A stretch of DNA of 20,000 nucleotides from positions 109,460 to 129,459 of IMG/VR virus record IMGVR_UViG_2811995017_000004; one strand, given 5' to 3'. The notes below the pieces were generated by a model. It ran no database searches and had not been told where the DNA came from. It was given only the letters and a program-made list of their open reading frames with translations. The DNA is from an uncultured virus (IMG/VR IMGVR_UViG_2811995017_000004) (Duplodnaviria > Heunggongvirae > Uroviricota > Caudoviricetes). The translations under genes and the position numbers were made by a program. Every line of letters begins with the position of its first letter. The stretch's first letter is position 1. Below, piece after piece: positions 19,098 through 20,000 of the stretch.

Positions 19098-19126
19098 TTC
19101 CCAAAAACCCAGTTATATGGTATACT
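19098..19126 (+). promoter_or_regulatory. SigA-type promoter of the type I toxin
   Basis: TTCCCA (19098-103), 17-bp spacer, extended -10 TGnTATACT (19118-126). Confidence 0.65.
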
Positions 19127-19194
19127 AAATGCTGTACAAAGCGGCTCACTCAAGGGCGGTCTGGCTCACTCCCGATAGAAAGGGGGTGAGAAAA

Positions 19195-19278
19195 ATGTCA
19201 ACTTATCAGAGTTTAACTTTGATGTTTATGTTTGGAATGTTCATTCTGGCATTGTTGACATATCTAAAAAAGAAATAG
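19195..19278 (+). CDS. Type I toxin, BsrE/BsrG/BsrH (holin-like toxin) family, 27 aa; not in ORF track
   Basis: MSTYQSLTLMFMFGMFILALLTYLKKK: one TM helix with a basic C-terminus, close to BsrE/BsrH as recalled (STFQALMLM..FG.FIIALLTYIKKK). Strong SD AAAGGGGGTG. The 5'UTR CTCAAGGGCGGTCT is complementary to the 3'UTR AGACCACCCTTGAG. Confidence 0.9.
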   Translation: MSTYQSLTLMFMFGMFILALLTYLKKK

Positions 19279-19551
19279 ACCACCCTTGAGACCTGGAAAG
19301 TTACAGGGGTAGTCTATTTCAATAGAAAAGACACAAAAGAGCTTTGGCCGCTATTGGCCTGCTTTGTGCGATTGACTCGACTGTTCCCAGCAGTCGGGTC
19401 TTTTTTATTTTATGCATTTTTTCATAAAATAAAACTAATTTGCAATACTTTTGCTTAATAAAATGGCTTATGTTCCATGCTAAGATGTAATGCATTTCAT
19501 TAATCTAACTAATATAACATTATTATGCAGTTTTATTGTGTTGTTGCTTCA
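19266..19551 (-). ncRNA. Putative cis-antisense antitoxin RNA (SR4/SR5-like)
   Basis: Consensus leftward promoter at 19558-19586. A - strand terminator hairpin (AAATAGACCACCCTTG...CAGGGGTAGTCTATTT, 19273-19319) with a U-tract lies over the toxin stop. Convergent overlap with the toxin 3' end. RNA ends are approximate. Confidence 0.7.
19374..19411 (+). terminator. Terminator of the toxin mRNA
   Basis: GACTCGACTGT-tccca-GCAGTCGGGTC followed by TTTTTTATTTT. Confidence 0.85.
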
Positions 19552-19557
19552 CCATTT

Positions 19558-19586
19558 ATTATAGTCAATGGTATACTTTTTGTCAA
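19558..19586 (-). promoter_or_regulatory. Perfect-consensus SigA promoter (leftward)
   Basis: On the - strand: TTGACA (19586-81), 17 bp, TATAAT (19563-58). Confidence 0.85.
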
Positions 19587-19644
19587 TTGCAGTCTTCGGT
19601 GATGGTTGCATTTTGAGCAGTTCCCAAAGTGAAATTCAAGAATA

Positions 19645-19673
19645 ATTGTAATGCATTACATACTTTTGGTCAA
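19645..19673 (-). promoter_or_regulatory. Second leftward SigA-type promoter overlapped by a 14-bp palindrome
   Basis: On the - strand: TTGACC (19673-68), 17 bp, TACAAT (19650-45). Palindrome TGTAATGCATTACA at 19647-60. Confidence 0.6.
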
Positions 19674-19819
19674 TCTAAAAAAGAATGTAACGCATTACAA
19701 TTAATTAGGAACAGCCAACTTCTTAAAGAAAACATGTCATGATTAAGTCAATTAACAAATGTGCTGTATTTATTGAGATCCTTAAGAGCATGTTTCTTAC
19801 AGAAGTGAATACAGATGGC

Positions 19820-19851
19820 TACAGAGAGACTGTAAGTCTCTCTGTATTTTT
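19820..19851 (+). terminator. Strong hairpin; terminator-like on the + strand and located just downstream of the Phr-like gene
   Basis: TACAGAGAGAC-tgtaa-GTCTCTCTGTA followed by TTTTT. Confidence 0.7.
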
Positions 19852-19862
19852 GTTTTGTGTGG

Positions 19863-20000
19863 TTATGAACCCGCTCCCCTTGATGCAAGTAAGTTGATTG
19901 TGTTGTCTGTGTGGAATGTTTCATTTAAGAATCCTGTAGCACCTGCTAAAACAAGCCCCAGAGTTGCAGTAATAAAAACTGTTACAGCTAATTTTTTCAT
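19863..20000 (-). CDS. Phr/AimP-like secreted signalling peptide precursor (45 aa; not in ORF track)
   Basis: MKKLAVTVFITATLGLVLAGATGFLNETFHTDNTINLLASRGAGS: Sec signal peptide (MKK plus hydrophobic stretch) and a C-terminal A|SRGAG(S) with Arg at position 2, as in Phr peptides. The ATG is at the window edge, so the SD and receptor gene are not visible. Confidence 0.72.
   Translation of the reverse strand: MKKLAVTVFITATLGLVLAGATGFLNETFHTDNTINLLASRGAGS

Larger units (their letters stand above)
1..20000. mobile_element. SPbeta-like (pro)phage segment: tail morphogenesis, lysis and accessory modules
   Basis: Gene order and protein motifs follow the SPbeta yomI-yomH-yomG-yomF-(RBP)-blyA-holin block as I recall it. 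No att site or host gene lies in the window, so prophage versus virion DNA cannot be told. Confidence 0.92.

Noticed and set aside
19647..19699. Palindromes as CcpA cre sites
   Set aside because: The outer bases resemble cre (TGTAA...TTACA), but the centre is GC rather than the conserved CG.
19863..20000. Definite arbitrium aimP call
   Set aside because: RGA is followed by GS, and no aimR/aimX context is visible in the window.
1..20000. CRISPR array, tRNA, rRNA or DGR repeats
   Set aside because: By eye I saw no repeat-spacer array, cloverleaf, rRNA-like sequence, reverse transcriptase or TR/VR pair.

Overview
AT-rich Bacillus DNA covering the tail and lysis module of an SPbeta-like temperate phage or prophage. 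The gene order is tape measure/CwlP (yomI-like), yomH-, yomG- and yomF-like tail genes, a phi29 gp12-type appendage protein, blyA amidase and holins. Main result: the tape measure gene looks broken in the ORF track (2397-4049, 4144-4425, 4678-9606). It is actually one gene interrupted by two short, ORF-less group I introns at 3957-4179 and 4394-4666. Both have U-before/G-at-end splice junctions, a P1 U.G wobble and P3/P7/P8 cores. Removing them gives a continuous 2237-aa frame. Directly upstream is a self-contained cassette: a divergent Arc-like repressor, a promoter carrying triple repeats, a Zn-ribbon-repeat/Vsr-like endonuclease and an acidic partner. Downstream of the holins are a BsrE/G/H-type type I toxin-antitoxin locus, a cluster of promoters and palindromes, and a Phr-like peptide gene. 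The Arc-like, toxin and Phr-like genes are absent from the ORF track. Homology calls come from recalled family motifs, not from searches.
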